Virus record (IMG/VR): IMGVR_UViG_2700988907_000001
DNA: 64,000 nucleotides
Source of the DNA: a virus
Taxonomy: Duplodnaviria > Heunggongvirae > Uroviricota > Caudoviricetes
Reading direction: 5' to 3' (one strand)
Part shown: in pieces, positions 49,223 through 58,559 of the stretch
Layout: every line of letters starts with the position of its first letter
Position numbering within the stretch: position 1 is the stretch's first letter
The notes under the pieces: generated by a model
Database searches by the model: none
What the model was told of the DNA's origin: nothing
Seen by the model: the letters and a program-made list of their open reading frames with translations, nothing else
Position numbers and translations under genes: made by a program

Positions 49223-50269
49223 TTATCTAATTAAACTTATTCTATTTTTAAACAATTCTAACCAAATACTCTTTCCTCTATCTGTGGGGGAATTCTTCAT
49301 ATCTAACAATCCTTTTTTATCCCATATTACACTAACTGAAAAATATGGTTTCAATTTATTGGCTATTGTTTTTTCAACTTTTTCTGCATAATATTTTTCC
49401 AATGTATCTCCTATATTTTCAAATTCCTTATCAACAGCAATAATAACTTCTTCAATTGGTAAATTCTTTATTAAATTTAATTGTCTATCGCTGAAAGCAC
49501 TACCAGACATACATACTCCTATACCATGTCCATTATAAAAACTGTCTAATTGTAATACAGATTTTTCAGATTCAAATAAAACAAGTTTCTTTGTAGACAT
49601 TATATTATCCATATTTTCATACAAACCATATAAAGTAGCACCTGTAGGGTGGTTAAGAAATACATTCTTTTGTTTTACAGGTGTATACTTTAATCCTTTA
49701 TCTACGAGCATTGGGTCAAGGTTTCTTGCTCTCACACCGACAATATGTCCATCTTCGTTTCTGTGTGGTATTACTATTTGTTTATTTTCTATAGACATTT
49801 TAATATCAAATTTTTTCATTGTGCTAGGCATAATCCCTTCTTTTACCCAAGATATATGATATTTGTCATCATATCTATTCAAAACACTGTCAGATAAGGT
49901 TTTTAATGGTTCATAATGAATTACTTTATTAAATTTATTAAAGAAAGACAAGTCTATTATATCATCATAGTTGTACTCTGTCAATTCATTTTCATAACCA
50001 AAATAGTCTTTAATGTATTTAAATGCTTCTGAAAATTCAACGTTTTTTAATTTTTGAATTAGTTCAAATATATCCATAGAACCACAATTAGTATAACAAT
50101 GTATCATTTTAGTATCATCATAATAATACATTTTATGTGAGTGTCCATTATGACAAATGGTGCGTGCTATTATTTGACCATTTTGTTCATAAGGTTCAGC
50201 ACCTAATTGTGTTAGGAGGGTTATTATATCATTAGGACTAAGCTGTTCTTTTAGGCTTTGAGCATCCAA
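49223..50269 (-). CDS. DNA primase (DnaG-like: zinc-binding domain plus TOPRIM)
   Basis: Zinc ribbon CHNGHSHKMYYYDDTKMIHCYTNCG. The TOPRIM-like region is LVLFESEKSVLQLD...VDKEFENIGD. Confidence 0.6.
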   Translation of the reverse strand: MDAQSLKEQLSPNDIITLLTQLGAEPYEQNGQIIARTICHNGHSHKMYYYDDTKMIHCYTNCGSMDIFELIQKLKNVEFSEAFKYIKDYFGYENELTEYNYDDIIDLSFFNKFNKVIHYEPLKTLSDSVLNRYDDKYHISWVKEGIMPSTMKKFDIKMSIENKQIVIPHRNEDGHIVGVRARNLDPMLVDKGLKYTPVKQKNVFLNHPTGATLYGLYENMDNIMSTKKLVLFESEKSVLQLDSFYNGHGIGVCMSGSAFSDRQLNLIKNLPIEEVIIAVDKEFENIGDTLEKYYAEKVEKTIANKLKPYFSVSVIWDKKGLLDMKNSPTDRGKSIWLELFKNRISLIR

Positions 50270-50280
50270 AACAATCCCCC

Positions 50281-51936
50281 CTAAAAATCAATATCGCTAT
50301 TATCGTTACTTCTGTCTACAACGTCCCCAAAAACGCCATCCTTAGAATAATATTCTTCTCGTTTAAAATCTTTTTCAGTTTTTCCTTCTGTAAATTCATA
50401 TTGTAAATCTGTAATATCTTCAATAATGTTATAGTCATAATCTGTTGCAAATAAACATTCTTCTCTGATTGTTGACTTGTCTAAATGTGTAAAAAGAATA
50501 ACTTCTGGTATACCGTCACGGTTTTTATATAAGAATCTTAACATATTTGGCTCTTTTCCAAATCCGTTTTCTTCAACAATGTCTTTTACATTTTCTAAAT
50601 CACGTTCTCTTGCTTTGTGTAAAATCATACCATAGTCAACCTTATCTGCTACAGCTGAACTACCACGTAAAGCATTACTGTTCATTTCAGCATCTTTACC
50701 TACACCACTTCTATTTAGTTGTGTAGCAGATTGCATAGCAATATTGTATTTTTCTGCAATAGCTCTAAGACTGTCAGATAAATATAATAGGACTTGGTCT
50801 TCACGTTGAACAGAGCCATACAATTCATTAATGCTTCTTTGTAATGAGCTTCTATTTTGGATATAGTCAAACGCAACATATTGAACATCGTGGTCTAAAA
50901 TATGTCTTTCTATAGTATCTTCCATATCACTAATTGTAAAGTTAGGCATATGGACTAAGTATAAAGGACTTTCTTCTAATATGTTACCAGCTTGTTCCAA
51001 CAGCTTTCTCTGTTCCATATTGAATAACCCGTTTTTTATTACTTTTCTACTAATACCAGTTAAATAACTTAGTGCCATATAGTTAAGGTCTGCTTCGTCT
51101 AATTCAGTAGAAATAAACAAACTAGGTATTGATACACCATGACTAATCCATTCTCCATTTAAATAAATCTTATCAACTGCAACATCTATCATATCTCTAA
51201 TTTGTAATGATGACTTCATAGAACCTGTACTACCAGAACGTAAAAGCAATTTGCCTTTTTTCAATCCACCAAATGAACTGTTTTCAAAACCACAAGCTGT
51301 AGGATAACCAAACCCCATACCTTCTCTTGTTTCATCAAGTAGTTGGCTTATATTTTGACCTGCTTTAAAACTTTTAATATCAGTTTCAATATTGAAATCA
51401 TCTTTTACTCTAAGATTCTTTAAAGTAAAATGCTCAAAAATATCTTTCATATCTTTTTTTCTTAATTCTTTTATTGATTTCTCTCTAGCTAAAAAGTCCT
51501 CAGATTCCCAATCATATAAATCGGACACATCAAATCCTTCTAATACATAAGCTCTCAATATAGACATTTTTTTTAATAGGTCATATGATTGCCAAAATGT
51601 CTCTTTGTTGGCGTGTTCTAAACAGTTTTGAATATATTCATATCCTTTTTGTTCGTTCCATACTTTATATTGTGTGGGATATGAACTTAAATAGTTATCA
51701 ATGTCTATTGCTGTAATATTTGTTACTCTATCCCCACTAGCATTGAACACAATATTATTTATAGCCTTAAACACAATTCTGTGCAATGATTGCATAAAAT
51801 CTTCTGGCTTTAATTGACAATCATTATGTCTTAACAATTCTGTATCTTGACATATTGAACCAATTACAGTATACACACTTCTAATCGCATTTAAATTAGT
51901 CATATTTTTATTTCCCATAATTACACTCCATTTCAA
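50281..51936 (-). CDS. DnaB-like replicative helicase (divergent Walker A)
   Basis: 551 aa. The C-terminal RecA-like domain has GSTGSMKSS plus downstream DE and arginine-finger-like segments. It is adjacent to the primase. Confidence 0.45.
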   Translation of the reverse strand: MKWSVIMGNKNMTNLNAIRSVYTVIGSICQDTELLRHNDCQLKPEDFMQSLHRIVFKAINNIVFNASGDRVTNITAIDIDNYLSSYPTQYKVWNEQKGYEYIQNCLEHANKETFWQSYDLLKKMSILRAYVLEGFDVSDLYDWESEDFLAREKSIKELRKKDMKDIFEHFTLKNLRVKDDFNIETDIKSFKAGQNISQLLDETREGMGFGYPTACGFENSSFGGLKKGKLLLRSGSTGSMKSSLQIRDMIDVAVDKIYLNGEWISHGVSIPSLFISTELDEADLNYMALSYLTGISRKVIKNGLFNMEQRKLLEQAGNILEESPLYLVHMPNFTISDMEDTIERHILDHDVQYVAFDYIQNRSSLQRSINELYGSVQREDQVLLYLSDSLRAIAEKYNIAMQSATQLNRSGVGKDAEMNSNALRGSSAVADKVDYGMILHKARERDLENVKDIVEENGFGKEPNMLRFLYKNRDGIPEVILFTHLDKSTIREECLFATDYDYNIIEDITDLQYEFTEGKTEKDFKREEYYSKDGVFGDVVDRSNDNSDIDF

Positions 51937-52894
51937 TCATAACATCTTTTTCTTCAATATTAAAATCTTTAAAGAAATCTATATCTTTGATATTATTAAT
52001 AATAAATGATAAATCAGATTTTCTACTATCAACGATTATTAAATTTATACCATTATTAACACAATAATTCTCTTTTTCTTTATCACTGGTTTTTACATCA
52101 TACTTAAAATAATCAACTTTTTCATAGTGTTGTAGTCCATGAGTTTCTATTATTGTATTATGTTTTGGTAGATAAAAATCGAATCTCCTACCTTTTAAAT
52201 TATTAAAAGTATACTCATTAATAAAAGGTATATTGTTCAAAGTTAGAATAGAACCCATTACTCTTTCTGGGAAACTTCTTATTTTGGAACATCTATCACA
52301 TCCAAATCCTTGTTTTACAAGATTTTTAATTATAATATATTTTTCACTACCACACAAAGGGCATTTACATAATATTTTTTTACTGCTTTTTCTATGGTAC
52401 TTTTTTGTTTCTTCGACATTTTTAATATATTTTAATAAATGCTTCTGTGTATATAAACAATTTCCCCACCAAACTCTTTTACCATTTAAATAAGGATTAA
52501 AATTACCTTCTTTTAAATGATGTTCATCAACATGATATTCTAAGCCAGTATATAAACATTCCATTAGATAACCTTTTTTGTTCCATTTCCCAGTATTTAT
52601 TTTTATTTGTTTTTTAATTATTCCGCCATTTATAACAGTTCCGACACTATATGAATGAGAGGTATCAAAAACAATCCCGCCTATAAATCCTCTGGTTAAA
52701 TTAGTGTGACTAATTAACTTTTCTCGTTTATTATATCTTGCTTTTAGTGTACTGTTTTTTCCTGTGTGAGTAACATATATAGTTCCTCCAACTCCTTTAT
52801 ACTTAAAAGGTATAGGTGTGTTATTACATTCAACCCATCGTCTTCTGCCATCAGACGTTAAAGGAATAAAAGAAAAATCTATTCTATCTTCCAT
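51908..52894 (-). CDS. Putative Vsr-like (PD-(D/E)XK) homing endonuclease with zinc ribbon
   Basis: CKCPLCGSEKY...GCDRCS forms a Zn ribbon. RFDFYLPKHNTIIETHGLQHYE matches the Vsr/DUF559 catalytic pattern (PDFvfP..k.iIEvDG.qH), as in I-Bth0305I-type homing endonucleases. It overlaps the helicase start by 29 nt. Confidence 0.4.
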   Translation of the reverse strand: MEDRIDFSFIPLTSDGRRRWVECNNTPIPFKYKGVGGTIYVTHTGKNSTLKARYNKREKLISHTNLTRGFIGGIVFDTSHSYSVGTVINGGIIKKQIKINTGKWNKKGYLMECLYTGLEYHVDEHHLKEGNFNPYLNGKRVWWGNCLYTQKHLLKYIKNVEETKKYHRKSSKKILCKCPLCGSEKYIIIKNLVKQGFGCDRCSKIRSFPERVMGSILTLNNIPFINEYTFNNLKGRRFDFYLPKHNTIIETHGLQHYEKVDYFKYDVKTSDKEKENYCVNNGINLIIVDSRKSDLSFIINNIKDIDFFKDFNIEEKDVMIEMECNYGK

Positions 52895-53382
52895 TATTCA
52901 TCTTCCTCCATGTCATATAATATATCATTTTTATATTTGTTTCTATTAAAAAGCTCGCTATTTACTGTTATAGTTTCTTTTTTGTTCTCTTTTCCTTTAT
53001 TGTTGTTTTTATTTTCTTTTCGTTGTTTTATATAATCAATAAATTCTTTGTATGAGTTTTGATATAATGTTAACCCATATTTCATATCATATTTACGTTT
53101 TTCGATATTAATAGTAAATTTTATAAGAGCTTCTATCCTTTTGTAACTCCAACCATTACTATTGTGCATTTCTTTTGCATGTTTTTTCATTAAAGGTGTT
53201 ACAAAGCCATATTCATTAGTTAAATATTTGTATAAACTTTCTCGTTCTTCTTTTTCTTTAATGACTACTTTATAACATTCTGGACAATAATTCTTTCCAG
53301 AAATCTTTCTTACGTTTTCTTTTTCATGTTTAATTCCATATGGTTCACAATAAGGACCATAACATTTTACTTTACGTGACAT
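52894..53382 (-). CDS. Zinc-ribbon protein, hypothetical
   Basis: CYGPYCEP...CPECYK form two CxxC pairs. 162 aa. Confidence 0.35.
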   Translation of the reverse strand: MSRKVKCYGPYCEPYGIKHEKENVRKISGKNYCPECYKVVIKEKEERESLYKYLTNEYGFVTPLMKKHAKEMHNSNGWSYKRIEALIKFTINIEKRKYDMKYGLTLYQNSYKEFIDYIKQRKENKNNNKGKENKKETITVNSELFNRNKYKNDILYDMEEDE

Positions 53383-53449
53383 GCTTTCACTTCCTTATAT
53401 AATGTATGTATATATTATAGCATAGAACTATGTCTTTTGTCAATAAAAA

Positions 53450-53473
53450 AAGACTAGAATTAAATCTAGTCTT
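53450..53473 (-). terminator. Rho-independent terminator (aagactaga-attaaa-tctagtctt)
   Basis: Perfect 9-bp inverted repeat. A T7 run follows on the minus strand. Confidence 0.45.
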
Positions 53474-53669
53474 ATAGTCTAAAACTACTTAATAGCAATT
53501 CTATAAGAAAAACAACTCCTACACAAGCCCAAAAACTAACATACTTACCTGTAAACGCACCAATTACTCCATATAGTACCCACGCAGGTATAAAAATAGC
53601 TGCTAAAATAACCAATAATGCTAATAATACTATTAATAAAATAGTCCCAATCGCTTTAAATAATTCCAT
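53472..53669 (-). CDS. Small membrane protein
   Basis: 65 aa with two TM helices. Confidence 0.35.
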   Translation of the reverse strand: MELFKAIGTILLIVLLALLVILAAIFIPAWVLYGVIGAFTGKYVSFWACVGVVFLIELLLSSFRL

Positions 53670-53670
53670 T

Positions 53671-53925
53671 TTAAACCTCTCCGTTCTCTCGTTTTTCTTT
53701 TATTTCTTGCTCCAACTCACTAATAGTTTCTTTTATCTTTTCAATATCAGTTTCATTTTTTGTTCTTCTATAAATTTCTAAAGCAGTATCTGTACGTTCT
53801 AATTTTTCACTATTACTCATATTTTTATTTTTAAATATTTCTTGAATAGCACCACATGCAAAAGAATTACACATCTCTTTAGTAGAATTTAGAATATCTT
53901 CTTGATTGACATATAAATTATCCAT
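53671..53925 (-). CDS. Hypothetical protein
   Basis: 84 aa. Confidence 0.3.
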   Translation of the reverse strand: MDNLYVNQEDILNSTKEMCNSFACGAIQEIFKNKNMSNSEKLERTDTALEIYRRTKNETDIEKIKETISELEQEIKEKRENGEV

Positions 53926-54133
53926 AATTTCCTCCTAATTACAGTATACTATTATAGTTATATTACTACTTATCTTTATACTCTTTTAATTTTTCATTTC
54001 CTTTATCAACTTTGTCTTTAATATCTTCTATGTTCTCCTTAATTTCTAATGTTGCTTCTTTAATCTCTTTGTCTTTTTGATATGTTTTGTAGTGCATATC
54101 ATCTCTTTCCGTCATATTCTTTGCTCCTTATAA

Positions 54134-54541
54134 TTATACTATATGATAAAAATCATCAACTTTTTCTTTTAAGTCTTCTCTAAAATTCTTATAATATTTT
54201 TTGTTTCTGTAGTATTTTTTGTCTTTTTTAAACTCTTTATCTTGTTTAACCTTTTTAAAATCAAGGGCTTTTTTATATCTATTATATTGTTCTTCTCCAC
54301 CTAACACTTCAAACTGAATTTTCATTTCTTCTATTTGAGCTTTTAACAATCTTCTTTCTTGTAAAAATTCTTGGAGCTTTTTATACATTTCTACAGATTG
54401 TACCACATTAAATTCTGTTTCTCTAATATCAGTTAAAATGTCTTCAAATTTACTATTTATTTCTTTCATTTCTAACTCTAAAATATTTATCGTTCCTTTT
54501 AAATCTAACATTTCACTATAAATTTTCTCAATGTAGTTCAT
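54134..54541 (-). CDS. Coiled-coil hypothetical protein
   Basis: 135 aa. Confidence 0.3.
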   Translation of the reverse strand: MNYIEKIYSEMLDLKGTINILELEMKEINSKFEDILTDIRETEFNVVQSVEMYKKLQEFLQERRLLKAQIEEMKIQFEVLGGEEQYNRYKKALDFKKVKQDKEFKKDKKYYRNKKYYKNFREDLKEKVDDFYHIV

Positions 54542-55091
54542 ATATATTCACTCCAATATCTGTTAAGTAGCTTTTTAATTTTAAATATAATTGTATACCA
54601 CCCAATGAATCAAAAGTTTTCTTAATATTTTCTTTTTTTCTTTGAACTTTTTCTTGTTTATGTACTCTTAATTGATATTGTAAAGCATGTATCATATTGT
54701 ACATATCATAACCACTCATTTTTTCTGTTTCTATTGTATGATATATTTCTTGTATTTCATTTTTTAGGATAGGTATTCTATTAGTGTTTACTGAATCAGA
54801 GCAATTATATAATTGCACTTTAATATCCTGTAATTTTCTAAACTTTTTCTTTAAGTCCTCTGTTGACTTATTACACATGTTATATTTCAATGGTTTTATT
54901 TGTGTGGGTTTGTTGTCAACAAAGTCATATTTATTTTCTAATCCTTTTAATACTTTTTGTCTTTGCTTTCTTTTATTTAGTCTCTTTTGTAGTATCTCAG
55001 CCGTAGGATTGTTTCTATAATCATCTAATTTTAATGATTGTAAGATTGATTTTCTTTGCTGCTCCACTTCTTTTGTTGGTACTTTTTTCAT
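54528..55091 (-). CDS. Coiled-coil hypothetical protein
   Basis: 187 aa. Confidence 0.3.
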   Translation of the reverse strand: MKKVPTKEVEQQRKSILQSLKLDDYRNNPTAEILQKRLNKRKQRQKVLKGLENKYDFVDNKPTQIKPLKYNMCNKSTEDLKKKFRKLQDIKVQLYNCSDSVNTNRIPILKNEIQEIYHTIETEKMSGYDMYNMIHALQYQLRVHKQEKVQRKKENIKKTFDSLGGIQLYLKLKSYLTDIGVNIYELH

Positions 55092-55159
55092 ATTGCTTCA
55101 TTCCTTTATATCTAAGATACTTATATTATATATGTATACCCCCTTAATGTCAAGGGGGT

Positions 55160-55597
55160 TTAGATATTATTCAAAATAATTGTGACAATATTCTTTAGTT
55201 GTTGTTCCTGTTCGCTGTCTAAATCATTAGGCAAAAAACGTTGTTCGTATTTAAAGGTCTCTAATACAGTATTATTAGTATCATTTAATATTTTACATAT
55301 ACTATCTACCGCTTCACAAAAGTGTGCAAATATTGAATTACCAGTACCGAACACTATCCATTTTTTATTATATTTAGTAGCATTATCTATAATAAATTGT
55401 TTGCATGATTTAGGGATTTTACCATCTCCCCAAGTGTTAGAACCTACGATAATTAAGTCATAATCTTTCACATCTAGGTCTATATGTTCATTTATATCAA
55501 ATCTATACTCATCTATATTGTTATTAAACTTCTTCAAGTAGTCCATGAACATATAAGTGTTTCCTGTTTTAGAGAAACCAACCATTAATATATTCAT
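55160..55597 (-). CDS. nrdI: NrdI flavodoxin-like protein (class Ib RNR accessory)
   Basis: MNILMVGFSKTGNTYMF...IIVGSNTWGDGKIP is flavodoxin-like. It lies immediately downstream of nrdF. Confidence 0.7.
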   Translation of the reverse strand: MNILMVGFSKTGNTYMFMDYLKKFNNNIDEYRFDINEHIDLDVKDYDLIIVGSNTWGDGKIPKSCKQFIIDNATKYNKKWIVFGTGNSIFAHFCEAVDSICKILNDTNNTVLETFKYEQRFLPNDLDSEQEQQLKNIVTIILNNI

Positions 55598-56637
55598 TAT
55601 AAATCATCCCAGCCATTTTCATCAGTTGTTAATTCATAATTCTTCTCACGTTTTTCAAAGAAATCTTCTTTCTTTCTGTTTCTGTTTTGAGGGTCAAAAG
55701 CATCAATCCAAGCCATAGGATTCTTTTTAGTATCAAATATCTTACTTAATCCTAAATTGTCTAGCATAATGTTTGCTCTATATTCTATAAACTTAATTAC
55801 TTCATACATATCAATGTCATCAGTATCTTTATACAAATCTTTACAATATTCTTGTTCATGTAAAACAATCTCTCTTGTGAAATCATATATCCACTGAGAT
55901 AATTCTTCTGTATTATACTCTGGATATTGTGTTAGTACATCTCTTACTATTGTTCCTTGTACCATAGAATGAATTTGTTCTTCTTTTTGAATATATTCAA
56001 TAATCTCTGCCATACCAAACATTTTACCATTTCTAGCAAAGTGATAGAAAGGAGTAAATCCGTTAGTAAAAGAAATCCCCTCTAATAAAGCATTTCCTAC
56101 TTGTGCCTTAACAAATGTTTCAATTGTTGGATTATCAATAAACCCATTTAACACTTCCATAATACGCTCATTACGTTTAATCATATAAGGGTCAACTTTA
56201 GGATAATTAAAAATCTCTCTTGCCTCTTCATCTGGAACAATAGATGATAACACATAAGAATAACTTTCATTATGGGTAATTTCATCATATGCAATCATAC
56301 TCATCAATGCTTTGATACTGGGGTCTTTAATATATTGTGATAAATGGTAGTCAAATACTTCTGCCACACTATCCAAACTTGCAAGAATACCAACACCACG
56401 TTTAAATACTTTCTTTTCTTTATCACTCATCTTGTTTTGCCAATCGGTATAGTCTTTAGCTATTGAGACCTCAGATGGAATCCAGAAGGCTTGTCTCAGC
56501 TGTTTCATGAAATCATAATAGAAATCATTGCTAATATCATTCCAGTTTAAGATTCCTGATTGTTCATCAAACATTCTTTTTTGTGAGTTTGGTCTGTCTA
56601 TGTTATAGATTCTTACCATTTTTTCTAATTTCTCCAT
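55597..56637 (-). CDS. nrdF: Ribonucleotide reductase class Ib beta subunit
   Basis: 346 aa ferritin-like R2. Iron-ligand segments are ..AYDEITHNESYSYV.. and ..EEQIHSM.., with a C-terminal ..WDDL. Confidence 0.8.
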   Translation of the reverse strand: MEKLEKMVRIYNIDRPNSQKRMFDEQSGILNWNDISNDFYYDFMKQLRQAFWIPSEVSIAKDYTDWQNKMSDKEKKVFKRGVGILASLDSVAEVFDYHLSQYIKDPSIKALMSMIAYDEITHNESYSYVLSSIVPDEEAREIFNYPKVDPYMIKRNERIMEVLNGFIDNPTIETFVKAQVGNALLEGISFTNGFTPFYHFARNGKMFGMAEIIEYIQKEEQIHSMVQGTIVRDVLTQYPEYNTEELSQWIYDFTREIVLHEQEYCKDLYKDTDDIDMYEVIKFIEYRANIMLDNLGLSKIFDTKKNPMAWIDAFDPQNRNRKKEDFFEKREKNYELTTDENGWDDL

Positions 56638-56705
56638 TGTTACATATCTCCTTTTTTATATTATAACAATAGGATAGCATACAAGCTACCCTATTATCAA
56701 CAACT

Positions 56706-57635
56706 CTATGCTGAGCAAGCTAGACAAGCATCTTCTTGTCTACTATCCCAAGAACGTACATAGTAAGTTGTTTTAATACCTTTTTTCCATACTGCCATGT
56801 GCATTGTCAATAAATGTTTTACCTTAATACCTGTTGGAATATATAAGTTAAATGATGATGATTGGTCTATCCATTGTTGTCTAGCTCCATTATGATTAAT
56901 AGCCCACATATGTGCTAATTGTTTCTCCCCATCGTAACTCATTTTCATTGTAGGTTTATAATAGAACCAAGTCTTAGATGAAAGGTTAGGCACAACAATA
57001 GGTAATAAAGCATTTCCTTTACCATCATTGTATATCACGTCAAAGATAGGGTCAATTCCTGGTGTACTTCCCATGAGTATTGACGTACCCCCTGTAGGCA
57101 TTGGACTTGCTAAGTATGAGTTTCTCATATATTTCATAGATAGCTCTTTTACTTCATCCCATTCTGGTAAAGTAGTTTCTTTTCTATCAATCCACTCACC
57201 AGTGTTCCATTGAGAGCCTTTATATACTTTATAAGAACCTTTCTCCTTACCAAGTAAAGCTGAATTTTTGATTCTATATAGCATAATTTTTTCTTCTAAT
57301 TTGTTAATAAAGTCAGTTGCTTTATCACTATCCCACATGATGCCTTCTTTTGCAAGTAAAGCAGCAATTCCTTGTTCTCCTGCACCAACAGCTCTATATT
57401 TATCATTGGTAATGCTAGCATCTGGAACAGTTAATCTATTTAGTGAGATAACATTATCCAACGCTCTCATTTGTACTGATATAACATCTTCTAATTCTTT
57501 TAAATTATGAATATCAATATTATTTAATACTAGTGCTGATAAATTACAAGTTACTAAATCTCCTGAATCATACTCCACAACAATATCTCCATCATCTGTT
57601 GAGATAGTTTCTGTGGTTCTTTGAGACGCTGTCAT
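56706..57635 (-). CDS. nrdE: Ribonucleotide reductase class Ib alpha subunit, exon 2 (5' boundary uncertain, 57614-57632)
   Basis: ...TETISTDDGDIVVEYDSGDLVTCNLSALVLNNID... aligns with NrdE 'SEILQV...DISCNLGSLNIAH'. The C-terminus ...YYVRSWDS...CLACSA carries the radical-transfer Tyr and Cys pair. The ORF-track Met at 57635 is probably intronic read-through. Confidence 0.7.
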   Translation of the reverse strand: MTASQRTTETISTDDGDIVVEYDSGDLVTCNLSALVLNNIDIHNLKELEDVISVQMRALDNVISLNRLTVPDASITNDKYRAVGAGEQGIAALLAKEGIMWDSDKATDFINKLEEKIMLYRIKNSALLGKEKGSYKVYKGSQWNTGEWIDRKETTLPEWDEVKELSMKYMRNSYLASPMPTGGTSILMGSTPGIDPIFDVIYNDGKGNALLPIVVPNLSSKTWFYYKPTMKMSYDGEKQLAHMWAINHNGARQQWIDQSSSFNLYIPTGIKVKHLLTMHMAVWKKGIKTTYYVRSWDSRQEDACLACSA

Positions 57636-58559
57636 GTTCTGGGCTATTTCGGTCCTTTGTGTTCAATAGAGGTCGTTAATCTCTACCAGTTCTCTGATGA
57701 ACTTCTACATGTCTCCATGCAGAGCAGACTATATCATTCTTCCACGTGGGAAGTCTGCCGTTTCGATTTAAACAAGTTTTATATGATTATTACTCAATAC
57801 TTGTACCACTTGGCTCTAACCTTGTCCCTTCACATATGTAAATAGGTTACGGATAGTCGTTAGGCATTTATTCATTAATATAAAACCAATTTTTAAATCT
57901 TTCAGTTTTAGAACTTAAACGATAACAAGCTGTGTTAACTCTTATATTATATGTCTTCGCAGCCTCTGTAACAGAAGAGAATACAACACCATTGATAGAT
58001 ACCTTTTTAGAATTTGCTTCTTTAACACTATCTAGCATTTTTTGAGATTTTTTACGACCATACATAGGATTACCTTTCCCAGAGAAAATTTTTGACTTTA
58101 GTTTTAAAGTCTCTTCTCTTCTTGGATTATGAATCATTCTATCCCCACCATCTTTTGAACCACCAATATTATAACCTATTCCTAGATTTTTGTCTATATA
58201 ATATTGTTCTTTTTCTATACTTTCTTCTAGTGAGTGAAACTCATGTATAATAACAAACTCAAAATTTTCTTCTCCGTATTTATTCCAGTCATCTTGTAAA
58301 TACATATTCCTGTGTTCGTTTTTTCTCAACATATTTTTATGTGCTCTAAATCGTTTCTCTATTTCTTGACTTCTTCCATAATAAACTTTTTTATTGATTT
58401 TACAAACTATTTTATATACATTATAAACCATAATAACATCTCCTTCATATTCTTGAAGGCTTTATATTAATGAATTTTAGCACGGTATTATCTTTAAAAG
58501 ACTTTCACCGTTTAGGCAGATTTTTCGATAACGATTGCTCGTTAAAGGTGCTAATGTTA
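57636..58559 (-). mobile_element. Group I intron in nrdE carrying a GIY-YIG homing endonuclease gene
   Basis: Exon 1 ends ...GIIYSSNLC at the active-site Cys, with TGT at 58560-58562, and the intron begins TAACAT. The IGS candidate agcac pairs with exon gtgt through a G.U pair. The intron RNA contains a P-like aaaaatctgcctaaacgg, the R element cctaacgactatcc (plus 57845-57860) and the S element gaatgatatagtctgc (plus 57728-57745). The HEG ORF sits in a peripheral loop. Confidence 0.65.
57868..58431 (-). CDS. GIY-YIG homing endonuclease (intron-encoded)
   Basis: The N-terminal motif KVYYGRS...R...H is GIY-YIG. The C-terminal INGVVFSSVTEAAKTYNIRVNTA is a NUMOD-like DNA-binding region. RBS aaggagatgttattATG. 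Confidence 0.75.
   Translation of the reverse strand: MVYNVYKIVCKINKKVYYGRSQEIEKRFRAHKNMLRKNEHRNMYLQDDWNKYGEENFEFVIIHEFHSLEESIEKEQYYIDKNLGIGYNIGGSKDGGDRMIHNPRREETLKLKSKIFSGKGNPMYGRKKSQKMLDSVKEANSKKVSINGVVFSSVTEAAKTYNIRVNTACYRLSSKTERFKNWFYINE

Noticed and set aside
57620-57635. ATG at 57635 (minus strand) as an independent start of a separate C-terminal NrdE polypeptide
   Set aside because: There is no RBS upstream of it. The sequence immediately upstream carries group I S-element and P9-like structure. I treat it as intronic read-through, though a split-protein scenario is kept open in the findings.
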